Source: Nemertoderma westbladi
Lineage: Eukaryota; Animalia; Xenacoelomorpha
Reading direction: 5' to 3'
DNA: 38,997 bases
Assembly: GCA_032718475.1 (NCBI GenBank)
Contig: JAUCBJ010000529.1
Coordinates: 1-38,997 of the forward strand
In this document: positions 35,267-38,997 of the stretch, piece by piece
Numbering within the stretch: position 1 is the first letter of the stretch
Layout: every line of letters starts with the position of its first letter
Program-made: the position numbers and the translations under genes
Notes under the pieces: generated by a model
Seen by the model: only the letters and a program-made list of their open reading frames with translations
Databases searched by the model: none
Told to the model about the DNA's origin: nothing

Positions 35267-35476
35267 GATTGTATTGATTACTATTATATTCTGGCGCAGC
35301 ATAAATAAAGAAAACATTACATTCTGGAATGTTTATCAATTAATTAACCCAGATGATAGAGTAACATACAACTTTATAAGTATTGGCTGTATTAATAAAA
35401 TGTTTGAGAGCCAGTCAAAATAGTATCAAATGGTATTTGCTGGATACAAATGCTTTGCTTAAACGAATAACATAAA

Positions 35477-36242
35477 CACACATCTCCCTTAATACAACAA
35501 CCATTTTTAGCAAGTCGGAGCCACCACCCCCCCCCCCCCCCCCCCCACCCCTCATTTCTTCAAATTTCAATCAAATGCTACGTAATTTGGTGTGATGATA
35601 GTTTGACAACTTTTCGTACTGCTGGCCTCGCCGGATTTTTCAATTTCTGACCTATTTCGATACAAGTCATTAAAAATCGTCTATTTGGCAATATTTAGCC
35701 ATCTCCGTCGGGCGTCGGCTTTACTTTTTTTAAATCGCTATAATTCTAATGTTTTTTTGTATTTATTCTTGAATATTTATTATTATTAAATTAAAACGCT
35801 TTATCTTGTTTCTTCATTATGCGTAATTAATATTCTAGAATTGATTAAAAACCATTATAATTTTATCGATTTTCGTGTCAAATTTTACGCATTAGTATTT
35901 TGATGATATCCTTGACAATGTTTAAACGGTTTTCTGATTCGGAATCTGCAGATAAAGGCGGTTCTAATGATATCTAGATTACATTGAAAATACGAAAATT
36001 AAAGACAGCAGAGATGGATAAATATTGCTAAATAGGGCATTTTTTAACGGATTATTGTAATTAAATAATTTGAAAATTGAAAATCCGGCTCTGCCAGCAC
36101 TAAGAAAAATTGTCGAACTATTAACATACGAAATTTCGTAGCATATGATTGAAATTTGGAAAAATTTAGATGGGGGGGGGGGGGGGTGGGGCTCGGGCTC
36201 CGACCCTCTAAAAATGGTTGTTGTTTTAAGGGAGATGATGTG
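35477..36242. mobile_element. Fold-back MITE family A, copy 2 (diverged; AA flanks)
   Basis: Arms CATCTCCCTTAATACAACAACCATTTTTAG... homologous to copy 1; CAC...GTG ends with AA on both sides; deletion in the left arm. Confidence 0.85.
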
Positions 36243-36373
36243 AAGCATGCGTTAGTTATCTAAACCATAGACAAGAAATGCTAGCAAAAAAATTATGGGA
36301 CACTATAGTGCCACACAGACATATTATTTCTTCTCCTTACCCTTCCGCCGTCCTTACGGATACAACTATTATT

Positions 36374-36655
36374 GGTAATGTTGCTTAGGGTGGTCCTTAG
36401 GGTAATGTTGCTGAGGGTGGTCCTTAGGGTAATGTTGCTGAGGGTGGTCCTTAGGGTAATGTTGCTGAGGGTGGTCCTTAGGGTAATGTTGCTGAGGGTG
36501 GTCCTTAGGGTAATGTTGCTTAGGGTGGTCCTTAGGGTAATGTTGCTTAGGGTGGTCCTTAGGGTAATGTTGCTTAGGGTGGTCCTTAGGGTAATGTTGC
36601 TTAGGGTGGTCCTTAGGGTAATGTTGCTTAGGGTGGTCCTTGGGGTAATGTTGCT
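36374..36655 (+). repeat. 27-bp minisatellite (~10.5 copies) containing TTAGGG
   Basis: Unit TTAGGGTAATGTTGCT(T/G)AGGGTGGTCC. Confidence 0.95.
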
Positions 36656-36731
36656 GTTCTAATAGCAGATGGTTAAACCGACCGGAGTCGGCATATTCAA
36701 ATAATTATACATTTTTTATATTTTTATATAT

Positions 36732-37745
36732 GGGGTCATCCATAAAAGACGTCCGAGCTAGAGGGGGGGGGAGGGGGGTCGGCCAAATCCGGACATTTAC
36801 GGACAGGGGGGGGGGGGGGGGGGGGGTGTAGCAAAATTCGGACGTCTGTTTTTAAATTTTTTATTGTCAACTTTGCAGCCCATATGGCCAAATGTAGTCT
36901 AAACTTAACTTTGGGATGGGCACCTAGGCCCCGCATATTTAAAGTGAAAGTAAACGTTTCAGTTTCAAGTTTCAGAATCTGGGGAGACGGCCAACCTAAC
37001 CCTTGATGGGTGTACCTGTACACTGTACAGTATACGTGAAGTTTATCATGTATTACAATGTATTAAGCCCGTACCGTAACGCTATATTATACTGGCTAAT
37101 AAGTAGTTTCAGTTTGATAATGTACTGGTCAGTACTGCGGTCCCCTATTCTTTACTAGTGCCCACTCCCGGCAGGCCTAAGGCTGCACGATAAATAGGCT
37201 ACCGGTACCGGTAATAACTCCCAGCAATGTCGGAATACAATAAATTTATCGAACTATATAGAAAGTCGCATAGCGAGTTATTTGAGGACAAAGATGTGAT
37301 CGGGACCGACATATTTGAGGCAGAGTGTGGCCAGGTCATCGTTGAGGCAGCGTGTCGCCAGGTCATCGTTGAGGCAGAGTGTGGCCGGGACAAAGTAGGT
37401 GATGATGAAGCGAAGGTTGCGGATTATGGGGAGGATGTGATGCCAGTTTTCACTACGTTCTCATCACCAATTTGGGAGGAATCATTCCTAGCTGACTCGT
37501 AAACTACAGTATTTTATATAGTTTTCTATATATATTAGTACTGTTAATATTAGTAGTCGCCCCCCTATTTGTACAATGTACAGCAATAATTCGTGTATTT
37601 GTTTTCTGTTTTATTTTCTAAAATTCGGACGTCCGAATAGGGGGGAGGGGGGGGGGGGGGTCAAAAACCGGACATTCGCGGACAGGGGGGAGGGGGGGGG
37701 TCCAAAAATTCGGGATTTTCTCGGACGTCTTTTATGGATGACCCC
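36732..37745. mobile_element. PIF/Harbinger-like non-autonomous element
   Basis: Perfect 26-bp TIR GGGGTCATCCATAAAAGACGTCCGAG; 3-bp TSD TAT; subterminal G-tracts. Confidence 0.85.
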
Positions 37746-37834
37746 TATGTATCATTACCTACTATAGATACGACCCGCTAAGCTGCTGCAAAGCCCCTAA
37801 ATTTAGTGGGCCAGTTATTTCTCTTAGTTATAAT

Positions 37835-38583
37835 CCCTGAAACAATAGGTCTAGCTCGTCGAAAGTACTTGTCCCCTTCTAAAATTATGTCCTCTTTCAG
37901 GTGAGACAAATAAAAATGTAATAGCTCCAGTAATTTTCGAGATATGAGGAGTTCCTGGCACCCATGCCATATCAGCACCTTTCGGAATTGAAAAAATACT
38001 CAAAATACACCACCCTTCAAAGACTTTGGTATAACCATACCTACTAAGCTTTTTTGGTTTGTTAAATTCATTATTAGTAATAGTAATCGAAAGTGAGATT
38101 AGAAGCAAAATTGAATCTTTTATTTTTTAATAGATGCTAAAAGAGCATCAAAAGTGCAAGTAGCTCAAAATTTTCAAATAGCCAAAGGTGGTAAATTGAC
38201 CCTGTAATTTAAAAACTGAGGTTTTTTGGCAATGGTTTTATAAAATTGTGTTATTTTCGAAATGGCCAATGTTTCAGTTGGAATTTCGAAGTGCCAGTGA
38301 ACTTGTACAGCTGAGCTGAGCTGAGCTTCTAATCTCACTTTCGATTACTAATAATGAATTTAACAAACCAAAAAAGCATAGTATGGCTATACCAAAGTCT
38401 TTGAAGGGTGGTGTATTTTGAGTATTTTTTCAATTCCGAAAGGTGCTGATATGGCATGGGAGCCAGGAACTCCTCATATCTCGAAAACTACTTACTATTG
38501 ATTTTTATTTGTCTCACCTGAAAGAGGACATAATTTTAGCAGGGGACCAGTACTTTCGACGAGCTAGACCTATTATTTCAGGG
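37835..38583. mobile_element. MITE family C with ~270 bp TIRs
   Basis: CCCTGAAA...GGTCTAGCTCGTCGAAAGTAC... arm (to ~38106) is inverted at ~38325-38583; AT on both flanks. Confidence 0.88.
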
Positions 38584-38609
38584 ATGCAGTATGCCACGCC
38601 ACGCCACCT

Positions 38610-38640
<31 letters not shown>

Positions 38641-38750
38641 TCACACGGAGCAACTTTTGTTTCTGAAATAAATGTTACTCCGTGTCCGTGTGAGGGGTTC
38701 AGCAAAGAGTTGCAGCAGGACACTCTCAGAGACATTGCGAAACAACAGTT

Positions 38751-38997
38751 TCCGTGTGTGAGGAGTCCAGCAACAGGTTGCTCCGTGTGAGGGGGTCCAG
38801 CAACAAGTTTCTGTGTGTGAAGGGGTCCAGCAACAAGTTTCCGTGTGTGAGGAGTCCAGCAACAGGTTGCTCCGTGTGAGGAGTCCAGCAACAAGTTGCT
38901 CCGTGTGAGGAGTCCAGCAACAGGTTGCTCCGTGTGAGGAGTCCAGCAACAAGTTGCTCCGTGTGAGGGGGTCCAGCAACAAGTTGCTCCGTGTGTG
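38751..38997 (+). repeat. 29-30 bp tandem array running off the window end
   Basis: GTCCAGCAAC at 38765, 38795, 38825, 38854, 38883, 38912, 38941 and 38971. Confidence 0.95.

Noticed and set aside
32192-36242. Composite transposon or parvovirus-like unit: two terminal hairpins flanking the orphan ORF
   Set aside because: Each hairpin has its own flanking duplication (TA vs AA), the outer flanks do not match, the copies are well diverged, and the ORF shows no NS1/Rep, helicase or transposase motifs.
36372-36662. 96-aa ORF (VMLLRVVLR)n
   Set aside because: Translation artefact of the 27-bp minisatellite.
38443-38982. Several overlapping ORFs with repeats
   Set aside because: They derive from a MITE arm, a poly-C tract and the 29-30 bp array.

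Overview
Eukaryotic (animal-type) genomic DNA, mostly transposon-derived, with one host gene. 1-20035 holds two related BEL/Pao LTR retrotransposons in opposite orientation. Element 1 (+, 5' part outside the window) has a damaged pol and ends exactly inside the 3' LTR of element 2. Element 2 (-) is a Gag-protease-only derivative whose LTR overlap differs at 1 of 400 nt. Both carry an unusual ~3 kb 3' region with a covarying RNA hairpin and an extra non-env ORF. Element 2 has no tRNA PBS but has an 11-nt site complementary to its own LTR, a possible self-priming signal. Next come a solo LTR (TSD CCAAA) inside an old LINE endonuclease remnant and a 5'-truncated CR1/L2-group LINE (-). Three coding exons of a RagA/B GTPase gene follow (+, 27112-29115; later exons not found in the window). 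The downstream, presumably intronic, region holds an RTE LINE, five MITEs, an orphan ORF with a PH-like domain, a probable P-element excision footprint, a TTAGGG-containing minisatellite and a 29-30 bp tandem array. All calls come from reading the sequence; no database search was run.
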